From NCBI GenBank assembly GCA_028534125.1, contig CM052816.1, forward strand, positions 98,272,001-98,336,000: a DNA stretch of 64,000 nt, given 5' to 3'. Source of the stretch: Lama glama. Its lineage: Eukaryota. How positions within the stretch are numbered: the first letter of the stretch is position 1; every line of letters starts with the position of its first letter. Positions 36,435 to 48,292 of this stretch are shown in pieces. The notes below the pieces were generated by a model, which was not told where the DNA came from, did not search any database, and saw nothing but the letters and a program-made list of their open reading frames with translations. The position numbers and the translations under genes are program-made.

Positions 36435-36813
36435 GAGCCACTGTGTCAGGGACATTGCAGCCACTGGTCTGCTCCCAGGTTAGCCAGGGGACCTTCCTGC
36501 AAGCAGCGGGTGAGCTCAGCCTCGTGCCACGTTGCACAGAGGAGGCGGGTAGGAGGAACGGGAAGCAGCGGTCCTGCAGTAGAAAGTGGAGGAGACGTGA
36601 AGGGTCAGGGAGAGCAGAACGTCAAGGCCACCACTGTGGAAAAGTGATGCTGTCTGGCTGAGGTGCTTGTTATCAGCTGGTCAGAGAGTGGGTTATGTTG
36701 GCAAAGGGAAAATATTGAGACAGCCTAAGGATACTGCACGTGGGCACCTTAATCTCTCTCTCTCATTTGTGCCTAATTCAGTTGCAAGAAACGTTGATTA
36801 AACATTTGCTATT

Positions 36814-36965
36814 GGGGTGGGGTGTAGCTCAGTGGTAGAGCACGGCTTAGCTTGCATGAGGTCCTGGGTTCAATCCCCAGTAACTCCATTTAAAAAGAAG
36901 AAAAGGATGAGGCTTACTGTTAGTTAACAAAAAAATTTTAATAAAAGAAATTATGTTTAAAAAAA
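36814..36965 (+). mobile_element. tRNA-derived SINE (camelid Vic-1-like)
   Basis: A-box 'tagctcagtgg', B-box 'ggttcaatcc', then 'ccagtaactccattt' and an A-rich tail. Degenerate TSD starting 'taaacatt'. Confidence 0.85.
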
Positions 36966-37084
36966 TAAACATTATCAGTTGGGCACTGGGCCATAAGCTA
37001 ACTTAGAAAAAATATAAAGATATCCTGTCTAATTTACTGGTTTCTAGAAACTTACTGCCAAGATACATAAATGATAAAAAAAAT

Positions 37085-37219
37085 TATGTGTATATGTACA
37101 TATATAATGTATGTCATATGGCATAAGATGGCAATGTTTATATATAAATGATTATACTACACATGCACATATGCATGTTATATATATTTATATGTTATAC
37201 GTAATATGCATAAAGTATG
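37085..37219. repeat. AT-rich (TA/TG) low-complexity tract
   Basis: Visible TATA/TATG/CATA degenerate repeat. Confidence 0.8.
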
Positions 37220-37593
37220 TGTGATGGTTAAGTGTATGTGTCAATTTGACTCCGATATTTGATTAAACATTATTCTGCATGTTGCTGTGAGGGTGTTTTT
37301 GGATGAAGTTAACATTTAAATATGTGGACGTTGAGTAAAGCAAGTTGCCCTCCCTAATGCAGGTGAGCCTTGTCTGATCAGTTAAAGGCCTAAACAGAAC
37401 AAAAGCCTGACCTCCCCTGGGCTAGAAGGATTCTCCAGCAGATGGCCTTTGGACTAGAACTGGAACGGGGACTCCGGGGTCCCCAGCCTGCTGGCTCAAC
37501 TTGCAAATGTGGACCCTGCCAGCCTCCATCATCCCAGGAGCCAATTCTTTAAAATCCATCTGGTTCTGTGTGTCTGGAGAGGCCAACAAATGC
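37220..37593 (+). mobile_element. ERVL LTR (MLT2D-like)
   Basis: Starts 'tgtgatggttaagtgtatgtgtcaatttgac', contains 'gagtaaagcaagttgccctccctaatg'. Homologous to 20281-20814. Confidence 0.85.
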
Positions 37594-38515
37594 AGCCCTG
37601 ACAACATGTGCCAGAGTGAAGGGAGATATAAAAGCTGCAGGAACACAGATAAGGAAGCATGTCTTTCTGCCCCGGACACAGCTCTGTGGAAATGCATCTG
37701 CTGTGAAGGTGACTGGCCTGGACAGAAGGGAAAAGAGGAGAGAAGAGATAAGTCCCTGCCCTCCCCGCTCACCCACGGTCTCTCTGCCACTCCGCCTGCT
37801 CTGCTCTGGGCTTGGGGCTCAGTGGCACGCCGTCTCCCTGTGCAGAGCAGACTCACTGATTCTGGTATATTCACTGACTGGCATTTTGGTTTCCCACACA
37901 CACCCTCCCACAAAACCCTGCTCCTGGGTGAAGGAGGGCTGGCAGAGGTGGGCGATGTTGGTGGAAATGGACCCTGGAGAGTTTCCCAGCTGAGTCCCCC
38001 AAAACCCAAACCATCCCAGGAAGTTGATGGCAGCACCCCCTGGAGGACCCTTGAAGATGTGTCCTCAGCCTTGAGATGGCCTCCCAAGGTAACCAGGAAA
38101 GTGACAGTCACCCTGACCCTTGGCAAACCAAGGAGAAAGAGCCCAGGGACAGCCGTCCCTAGGCAGGCAGCCTCTAGGGAGAAATGACCTCTTGATTGTC
38201 CACGTACGTGTCTGCTGCACCCAGCCTAGGGTTATTGGCTTAGAAGCAATGGGTGATTTTTTTCCAATACAGCTATGAATAAATTAAAAAGGTCTTATCA
38301 ACCCTTTGTTCAGTTTCCCAATCTGTCAAATTAGGAATCTCTGTGCCCCGATGATCACAGGGATTCCCTGCGTGTCGGGGACTCCTGTGTTCTCTGAATG
38401 ACATTCACAATTTTTCAGACAGAGACCTAAAGTTTGACCAGGAAGGGTGCTGTGGTCCTCAGCTCTGATCTAAATCACAGAGGAATCTCCTGGAGGAAGC
38501 TCCACTCCAGCCTTC

Positions 38516-38964
38516 ATGTGAGTCTTCTGGGGCTGTCTTTACACTTGACAACAACTGGGTGGCTTAAAACAATAGAAATTCATCGTCTCACAGCTCCAGC
38601 AGCTGGAAGTCCAAAATCAAGGTGCAGGCAGGGCTGTGCTATCTCTGAAAGCTCTAGGGGAGGGTCCTTCCTTCCCCTTTCCTGGGCCCCAGTGTTAGCT
38701 AGCAGTCCTGGTGTTCCTCGGCTTGTAGACACATCACCCCAGTCTCTGCCTCCATCATCACTCGCATTCCCTGTGGGTGTCTGTGTCTCTGTGCCCCTTC
38801 CAGTTAGAGAGATAGCAGCCCCTGGCTCAGTGCCACTAACGCAGCATGCCCTCATCTCAGCCCGATTCCATCTGCAAAGAAGCTATTTCCAAATAAACTC
38901 ACATTCACAGGTACTGGGGTTAGGACTTCCACATGTCTTTTGAGGGGAAACAATTCAACACACA
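38516..38964 (-). mobile_element. MaLR LTR (MLT1C-like)
   Basis: 'actgggtggcttaaaacaatagaaatt...gctggaagtccaaaatcaaggtg', 'catctgcaaaga...tatttccaaataaactcacattcacaggtactggggttaggactt'. Confidence 0.9.
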
Positions 38965-40177
38965 GGGGCATCTCAGCTCTCCCCAACACCGGGGCAGAGA
39001 GGGAGGGCTTGTCAAGCTGTCTCGCCTCTTTTCTCCTTCACAGCAAAGTGCTTCGTGTATCCTAGGCAGCATTTTATGTAACACTTCTACAAATGACTCT
39101 ACCTGACCCCATCAGAAGCGCTTGAGTAGAGAAATCATTTAAAATTCAGGTTTATACACAGCCTCCTTTGTAGGAAGCAGGATAAAGAAATCATTTGCCT
39201 CTACCATGTTTCCATGCATCACAATGAAGATGAAAATGTAGTTTATTTCAAATAAAGTAAGCCAAACGGAGCATGACCTAAACACATCACAAATATTAAG
39301 CAGCCACCTAATTATGCACTAGAACGCTGTGACTGTTCAATTTTCTTAAATGATACTTACAATGCCCCAGTAAGTTAGAAGTGATCTTTTTCTCATAGAA
39401 ATAATTAGTCATTAAAAAAAAAAAAGCACTTCAGTTCCCAAAGTGAAACCGACATGAACAGGACAAGGGGAAATTTAAATCCATAAAGCACAATAAACGA
39501 TCACACTTGCACTTCAAAAGTGAGTTTGAAAAATCAGAGACGAGAGCTGTGGTTCCCGGACTGCACCGGCGTCTAGACCATCTCCCTTCAGCTCAGCTGC
39601 AATGAGTTTGCCAGTGCAGTTTCCTTGAGATGCAAAGACTTCAGACCTCTGGCCAATCGTGGTCACCAGGAATAAACATCGGTTATTAGCAAAAATTGGT
39701 GTTTGTGTAGCAGCTTTTCTCTAAGGATTCTAAAGCAATACGCATGGCTGGCTCATTAGCCAACAGCAGACTGGTGGTCTTGTCACAATTGCCCTGCAGG
39801 GGAGACAACAGCACATGCAGGTTAACCCTCCTTTCCTGCGTCTCCATACAGTAGCTGTTGCTCTGTAATCCCCCCGGAGTGTCCTGGTGACAGGGGGAAG
39901 ATGTGTGTGGTGGCCAGGCTGGCAAGTAGCTTGCTCTGTGTACATATTCCACAAACAGTCCACGGAATGTCATTTTGACATCATAGCTGACATTCTAATT
40001 CAAACATCATCTTGTTATTTTGCCTTGGCAAATCGCGTCAGTTGAGAGAAGATCCTTTTTCACGTGTCTCCAGAAAATTAAAGTTATTTTACAAGAACAG
40101 GAAGAAAAGAAGAGCTTAAATAATATCCTTTGATAAAACAGGAAAAAAGATACAGTTTGATATTTTTTAAGATTGAT

Positions 40178-40179
<2 letters not shown>

Positions 40180-40221
<42 letters not shown>
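40180..40221. repeat. (TAA)14 microsatellite
   Basis: Perfect 42-bp trinucleotide run. Confidence 0.97.
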
Positions 40222-40222
<1 letters not shown>

Positions 40223-40664
40223 TAAGTCTCCCAAGGGACTATAATGGATTTTACGCATCTTAAAAAACCTAGAAGCACAATTGGAAGAGACAATCTATTA
40301 ACGCTTCTCCCTTATTTTCCCGTCATTTAGAAAGCATTTATACACATTTCATATACACTATACATGGTAGGGGACCTGGGCATCTGGAAAAACAGATCTG
40401 AGCATTCAACATTACGTAGGATCATCTAATCTTTTTATTAGGACCATGTTTGTATTTTAAAAACTGTGGAGATGGGTTACTGACCAAGCAGTTCTGAAAA
40501 ATAAATGTAATTGTAAGAAAAAGTACATATTAAGTACATATTATAGGAGTTTAATCCATTAGAATTCTGGTAGGTTCAATGAGTCAGAGAAAGAGATAAA
40601 TTGTGAGAAAATTTAACTGCTATAAAATTAACACAGAATTCTGCTATAAAACTTCTTTTTTCTT

Positions 40665-41613
40665 AAGAAGACGTACAGATGGCCGATAGGTATATGAAAA
40701 GATGCTCAGCATTGCAAATTTTTAGAGAAATGCAAATCAAATCCACAATAAGATATAACCTCACACTTCTCAGAATGGCCATCATCGAAAAGTCTGCAAA
40801 TAATAAATCCTGGAGAGGTTGTGGAGAAAAGGGGACCCTCCTACACTGTTAGTGGGAATGTAGATTGTTACAGCCTTTATGGAAAACACTGTGGAGGTTT
40901 CTTTAAAAACTAAAAATAAGGTAAACATATGATCCAGCAATTACACTCCTGGGTGTATATCTGGTTAAAAAAAATCCACGAATTTGAAGAGATACATGCA
41001 CCCCAATGTTCACAGCAGCGTAATTTACAACAGCTAAGACATGGACACAACCCAAATGCCCATCCACAGACAATTGGCTTATAAAGATTTTATGTGTGTG
41101 TATACACACACACACACACCATCCATACACACACACACATATAAAATATTACTTAGCCATAAAAAGAAGTGAAATAATTGCCATTTGCAGCAACATGGAT
41201 GGACCTAGAGAATATTATGCTTAGTGAAATAAGTCAGCCAGAGAAAGAGAAATACTACATGTTACCAGTTGCATATGGAACTTGCAAAGTATTACAAATG
41301 AATCTATATACAAAGCAGAAACAAACTCACAGACGTAGAAAGTAAACCCTGGTTACCGAGGGCAGAGAGAAGAGGGGAAAGACGGACTAGAAGCATAGAA
41401 TTAACAGATATAAACTACTATACATAAAGTAGAAAAGCAACAAGGATTTATCGTTTAACACCAGGAATTTTTTTCAATGTCTTGTAACAACCTATGGTGG
41501 AATATAATCTGGAAAAAACAGCAACCAAACTGAATCGCTGTGCTCTAGACCTCAAACTAACACAATATGATGACTTAATTGTACTTCCATAAAAAAGGGG
41601 AAAAAGAAAAAAA
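40665..41613 (+). mobile_element. 5'-truncated LINE-1 (ORF2 C-terminus and 3' UTR) with an internal (TG)/(CA) microsatellite near 41093-41140
   Basis: 'atgaaaagatgctcagc...gaaatgcaaatcaaa', 'gatacatgcaccccaatgttcacagcagc', 'gccatttgcagcaacatggatggacctagag', A-rich tail from about 41590. Confidence 0.92.
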
Positions 41614-42116
41614 TTAAACCCGTTCCTTAGGGAGGAACAGGAAAAGGGAGCTGAAGTCCCAGAGCCCACTCCTTCCAGTGTCTTGGTCATAAAAACTGGA
41701 ACACAGATATTGCGGGAAGCAGACACGACTGGGGCGAGGGGCCGCCTTTCTCATTCTCTGCATTCAGCCCAGCTCTCTTCTTTCCCCGATTCTTCAGAAC
41801 TGGAAATATGCTGCGGGGGAAATGAACATGTATAAGGCCCCGACCCTGGGAGTGAACCCAAGGAGGGTCTAGTGCAAGGTGCCGGAGGCCCTGGTCCCTG
41901 CTGCCCTTCCTTGTCTGTCTAGCACCCGACATGGAGAGCGCCTTTCCCTCTCAGCTCGATAAAGAAAGAACCAAGGAAAGGGCATCCAGTCTGTCTCTCT
42001 GCTCGGAAATACTGCGCTTGACAAGTTGTCCCCAGGAAGAGGGGACCACCCAGCCCCGAGACCACTGGTCCTGACGTTTCCAGAGCGAGCCCCTGCAGAC
42101 AGGTGCTCTGCCAGAG

Positions 42117-42443
42117 TTCTGTGGACTGAATGTTTGTGTCCCCCCAGAGTTCATGACAAATCCTAACCCCCAGTGTGATGGTGTTTGGAGGTGGGGTTCT
42201 GGGAAGCGATTAGTTCTCGAGGGAGGAATCCCCGTGATGGGCCCTTATAGAGGGCCCCAGAGAGCAGCCGTCCTTCCACCAGCTGAGATTATGGGGAGAG
42301 GATGGCTGTCTATGAACGGGAAGTGGGTTCTCACCAGGCACCGAATCTGCCAGCACCAGCCTCCAGAACTGTGAGAAATAAATTTCTTGCTGATAAGGCA
42401 CCCGGCCTGTGGTCCTTTTGCCACAAGAGCACCAGCTGAGACA
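42117..42443 (+). mobile_element. MaLR LTR (MLT1A-like)
   Basis: 'gtggactgaatgtttgtgtcccccc', 'cagcctccagaactgtgagaaataaatttc'. Confidence 0.9.
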
Positions 42444-44724
42444 GAGGGAGACCCTGAAGGCATTAGCCTTCCCCCATTCTTTGTAAAGTCACGCCAGCCT
42501 CTGTGAAGTCCTTCTTCCCTCCTGTCTCTTCTTCCTCGACGCCCCAGCCAGATTCAATTGTGTTCACGTCTCTGGTGTTTTCTCTTCTACCTGCCCAGAC
42601 ACTAGGCTTCAGAACCTTCAGACTCTGGAGCAATTGCCCAAGCTTCCCTATCTGCCCACCCTCGTGCAGAACAGTTTGATCTGATGTAAAGACAGCGACA
42701 TCTCTCAAACAAGCCCTCCGCATCCACTTACTGGGACTTGCCCTGTCCGGTCACATGTGTGTTGTCTGAGACGTTCACGTAGTCGGTCAGGTTAAAGAGA
42801 AGAATACGAAATAAGAAAGATCAGGGCATTTTAGCTGTTGTCTTTTCACTGTGGTGCTTAAATAGCTGGGTCCCACTCTCCTCTCAGAGCTGAAAACTAA
42901 ACCGTGACACTATCTTACATGCGTAGGGCTCTCGCATTTCATTTTGATGCATGTGAAACTCCAACAACGCAGACAAACGTTTACAAGCTCTGAATAAGTT
43001 ACATTTCCTTCATTAAGGAGATGGATTTCTGGAATCATCTAAAGGCATCCTAAACTTTCTGTTCTTGCTCCTGGACGGTCAAAGGGAGGTGATGAATCTG
43101 ATTTATCACCTGGCTTCCACAGTTTTTGGCTCTGGTCTTTCAGTGTCCTTCCTGGTATTGCAGTATTGTCACTGGTGATGGCCAACTTGAGTAATGACAC
43201 CCTGATAAGTGTTCTGTCATAAATGAGAACAGACAATAAAGTGTTAGCCTGATGCTTAATGCTGTAAGCAACTCCAAGTGCTTACCTGCTGATAAATTAC
43301 AGTAAGAGTAGAATTTGGAAGAACATGGAGGAAAAGATGCTGGTGTGATCATTGCTGGAGGTAGAGGATAAAGGGCCCCAAAAATGGAGAAGGGAAGGGA
43401 AGGAGGAGGCAGAAAGGGCTGGGAGAGACCAAGAAGGGGTGGAGGACAGACTTTGGTCTTGATGAAGGCACCTCAGGTCAGCACGAGCTGTTGTCTTTCC
43501 AGAAAAGGTCACATTTCAGGGCATTCTATTCATGGCTAATTTGTTATCAAGGTGGAAAAGGATTGGACCTCAGGCCCTGGCACCACATTTCCCTTACGTC
43601 GAGGAAGGAGCACTGGTGGGCTTTCTGCGGGGCCAGAGTGCCCGGTCAGTGTGCGCTTCCCCAGAACAGTTTAGACCCTTTGTGGAACAATCATGCCCAC
43701 ACTGCTCACAAAAGTGTGTTTATGCCTCTTTGCTGTCCTTTATGTGCTTTATATTTCAAGTCGATTCTGTTCATTCCATTTTGGAGATGGCGTACACGTT
43801 TTGGGGAGACCCAGGAGCTCAGTAAAATGTTGCATATTTAGAGGATAAAAAGCATGCTTTTAAGAAGTGCCCTGTCTGTTCTGAGATGCAGGGCTCAGGT
43901 TGCATGTCTTTCCAGCGTGAACGAGTGAGCAAAGCACTGCTGTGTCATCCCACACACGCCCCTGCACGGCTGCATCCTTCAGTGGCCCAGCCGCGTCTGT
44001 GGGCAGCTTTGTTGACCTGTCAGCTCAGCCATCCACTCTTAAAGTGATGTATGGGGAAGTTCTCTCTATGCTAAATAAGACCCCTTTTGCCATTATTAAT
44101 AATATCACAGTGATTCAGAATGTGAAGCCATTAGAACAGTAGTAAAAAGAGAGACTGTCATTATTTCAACCACAGAGCAGAAAACGAGACAATCTTCCAT
44201 AATTATGGACATTTGCAGCTGCCAGGCTCCAGCTGGGAGGGAAAATGCAGAACAGAGCCAGCCCTGCAGGCTGTCACTGTGGGACAGGCCAGACCACGCG
44301 AGCCTGACCGCAGGCTTTCAGCCTTTCCGATTTGCCCTGAGAAGTAGGTGCGGGTTTGAACTTCCTCTGGTTGTTCTGCCTTGACCTCTGTCTGTTGTTT
44401 CCAGAGGAGAACATTTAAATCCATCGTTCTACGGCTTTACTATTCACCAAACGACCCATCTCTGACCGAGCCTCCATATACCACTGCAGACTGTGGGCCC
44501 TACAAAATAGTCCTTTACAGTTACAGCTTCAGCAAGTAGCAGCTGTTATCGGATTTGCTTATTAAGGCTCTGTCCACATTCCTATTACTGAAGTGCACCT
44601 TGATTCAGGAGAGCTGTTCTTTTTTCAGTAAATCCATTGTTGGCTTTTAGTAGTTTTTTGATTTAAGCATGTTGTCTAAATTTGCTTTGCATGGCAATAT
44701 TCATCTAATATCAGACTTTTTTTA

Positions 44725-46580
44725 ACATTTAAAGAGAAATTAACACCAATTATTTACAAACTCTTCTGAAAAATAGAAGATGGGACACTTCTAAACTCAT
44801 TCCATAAGGCTGGTATTACCATGATACCCAAATCAGACAAAACCGTTAAAATAAAAGAAACAATAGACCATTATCTCCTATGAAAGAGATGCAAAAATCC
44901 TCAACAAAATACTGGCAAACTAAATCCAGCAATGTACTAAGTATATTGCATACCATGATCAGTGGGATTTACCTAGAAATGTGAGGTTGGTTTAACATTT
45001 GAAAATCAATTAATGTTGTCAATCACCTCAATATATGCATAAATATCATTGTTAAAATTCAACAATTTATCAAGGTAAAAACACTCAAGAAACTAAAAAT
45101 TGAAAGGAACTTTCTCAACTTGACAAAGGGGATCTATGAATACTCAGGCATAACACTCTCTTGAACAGTGAGGCACTGAAAGCTTCTCCCCGAAGATCAG
45201 AAAGAGGACGAGGATATCTGTTCTCACTACTTCTACTTAACCTTGTACTTGAGGTTCTATCCAGGACAGTCATGTCAGAAAGTTACATATAACACATGTT
45301 GCTGAAAAAAGAAGAAGTAAAAGTATCTCTATCTGAAGATGGCATAATCTTGCACATACAGTATCTGAAGGAATCCACACAAGTTACTGGAATAAAAGAG
45401 TTCAGGAAGGTTGCAGGATACAAACTCAATATGTAATAACCAATTTTACTTGTATACAGTGGCAATGAACAACCTGAAAATAAAATTAAGGGAACAATTC
45501 CATTTATGCTAGCATTAGAAAGAAAAAAATACTTATGGAAGATTTAGTAAAAGAAGTCCAAGGCTTACACTGAATACTGCAGTACATTGTGGAAATAAAT
45601 TAAAGAAGACCTAAATAAATACAAAGATATTCCGTATTCTTAGATTAGAAGACTTTATGCTGTTACAGTGGTTACACTTTCCAAGTGGATCCATGGATTC
45701 AGCAAAATCCCTATTAAGATCTCAGCTGGCATTCTTGCAGAAATTAACAAGATGATCCTAAAAACTCATATGGAAATTCAAGGGACTCAGAATACCTCAA
45801 ACAATCTTAAAAAAGGAGCACTTTCCAATTTCAAAACTTTCTACAAAGCTAAAGTAATCAAGGTAGCATGGTACTGGCATAATGATACACTTGTAGATCA
45901 ATGAAATAGGATGAAGAGTCCAGAAGTAAACCCTAACATTTTTAATCAATTGACTTTCGAACAAAGATACCAAGACAACTCAACAGGGGAAAGTAGTCTC
46001 CAGCAAAGCACTGGGACAACTGGATATAACCACATACAGAAGAATAAGTTTAGGTCATTACCTCACAAGTATACAAAAATTAATTCAAAATTAATCACAG
46101 TTCTCATGTAAGGGCTAAAACTATGAAACTATTAGAAAAAACATGACCTTGGATTAGATAACAGTTTCTTAGATACCACACCAAAAGCAGAAGCAACAAA
46201 AGGAAATANNNNNNNNNNNNNNNNNNNNNNNNNNNNNNNNNNNNNNNNNNNNNNNNNNNNNNNNNNNNNNNNNNNNNNNNNNNNNNNNNNNNNNNNNNNN
46301 NNNNNNNNGAATGAAACTTGAAAACATGCTAACTGAAGGAAATTGGTCTAAAAGATAGTTCATGGTTCCAGTTCCACAAAATTTTTGCAGAGACAAAAAA
46401 AGAGAGTAAATAGAAAGTGGCTGGTGATGAACATGGCATTTATTTGGGGGTGATAAGAATGTTCCAAAATTGTGGTGCTGGTCACTCAATGCAGGATGTA
46501 CAAAAACTTGAATTGTACACTTAAATGGGTGAGTTGTATGGTGCATGAGTCATAGCTCGATTGAGCAGTTATTAAAAAAT
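44725..46580 (+). mobile_element. LINE-1 ORF2 (RT region) to 3' end, decayed, interrupted by an assembly gap
   Basis: ORF 45668-45904 (IPIKIS...FKTFYKAKVIKVAWYWH) resembles L1 ORF2p. The RT FADD motif is decayed near 45330-45350. 3' end 'gaattgtacacttaaatgggtgagttgtatgg'. Confidence 0.92.
46209..46308. other. Assembly gap (100 N)
   Basis: Run of exactly 100 N. Confidence 1.
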
Positions 46581-48292
46581 AGAGTCAATATTGAGGAATT
46601 GTCCCTGCCTTTCATTTCTTTTTATCTTTTATCTCCTCTCCCTCCTCCAAACTACTTGCAAATTGTAACCCATTTATTTTAGGACTTAAATCCCATTATA
46701 CGACTCTCAGAAATGACTGACTAACCATAACCAAGGTTTATGCGGTTACACCTTTCCAAAGCAGTTACATTTTAAGAGCAGGTTTTTAAAGAAATAAAAA
46801 GGTTAACAAGCCATTTTGTGCATATTTAATTGGTGGAAGGTCATTCACTAATAAAATAATTGGAAAGACACCGGAAGGAAAAAAGAGGGAGTTCCTCAAT
46901 TCATGCCGCTGATTTGTAAAGTCAGCTCTATTTCAGAACAAAATAAATTCAAACATGCTTCACTGGAACAACCCTGGGCCATTTTGAATGGTGCCTATTA
47001 ACAGTGAGGGTCCGAGGAAGTTGCCTGGATTCTGTGCCACCCACAGCATCTGAGAAGTCATCCTCTCTCCAGCTCTGCAGACTTGCCACCTGGGAGGACC
47101 CTTTGGTTTGTTCTGGTCTTTCTTCCTGGTCCCCTTGTTTCAGAAGGATGAGACCCAGATCTGTGTGCCTGGGACCAGAAAGGACCTGGGGCCTGGAGCA
47201 AATCCAGAGGTAATCCTGGTACCTGGGAATGCAACATTTTTACTGCCATCTTCTCTGCCCTTCAAAACACTTGTAGAACATCCCGAGGTCTTACATGAAG
47301 ATGAAAAGACACTAGAAACTTACATCTTTTTTGCTTTTGCGTATTTTGAGTGCTTAAAAAAGCAAACGCGCAACGACGTTTAAACAAAGCTCTCTCAGTG
47401 TCTGCAACTTCCCTGACCTGCTACCCACCCTGTGAGTACTGGTGCTCAGCCCGGGCCCCGAGGAGCGAGGCGCTGTCTCACTTGGTGTGTCCACCTCCGA
47501 GGCGCCAGCTTAGGCTGCTGTGTGGGCCCAGAGAGCAGATGCAGGAAACAGTAAGAGCAGCTTTCCTTTTCTCATCCCCTCGTGCAGGGCAAGCAGCAAA
47601 GAGCGAACAAGAAGCAAAGACCTAAATTCCCTTGAGGCTTCACAGAGAGTCAGTGAAGGAGAGTTTGTGAACTTTTAAAAAAGCATCGGAACTCTCAAGT
47701 CCAGGATTTGGCTTCCACGTGGGGTTAGGAAGGGTCTGGGGCTGCGGGATGGCGGCCTTCCTCCCGTCACTGGGCAAGCTGGTCTTCACTGACTCTTCTT
47801 CCTCCACTTAGAATGCCTGGAACGTTTCAAAGGGGAAAAGCACATGAAATAAAAGATGACGCTAAACTGTCTGGCTATTCATGGGACCTTATCATCTAGA
47901 AGTTTCTCCAGATGAAATAGGTATCTTATCACAGCCTGAACGCAGACATACATCCTAGCAACACTGGGAAGAAGCCAGTCACGCTGAGTGCTGAGGCGCA
48001 CCACCGTGAAGAAATCTCATTTTCCGCCTTCATAATGATGGAGAATTGGCAGAGAGGCTCATTTGCTTGGAGAACAAGAGTTTATTTTTATACGCAATGT
48101 GAAGTGTAGGAACGTATAAATACAGCTTCATGAAGGAGAGTCTTGAGAGCGTTAGGCTTGCTAAAACTGGCACTTTCTCTTCATTTTGCTTGTGAAGGAA
48201 ACAGACATTTGATAGACACTTGTGTCTTCACTCACAGCTACTTTGCTATATGCTTCACCCAGCTCTTTACTGGTGCCCCCCCCCACACTCCC

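Noticed and set aside
36814..36890. tRNA gene
   Set aside because: It has A and B boxes but no proper acceptor stem, and it has an A-rich tail and TSD. It is a SINE, as is the copy at 56639.
38434..38943. 169-aa ORF
   Set aside because: Almost entirely MLT1C LTR sequence with a non-ATG start.
40007..40258. Poly-Ile ORF
   Set aside because: Translation of the (TAA)14 microsatellite.
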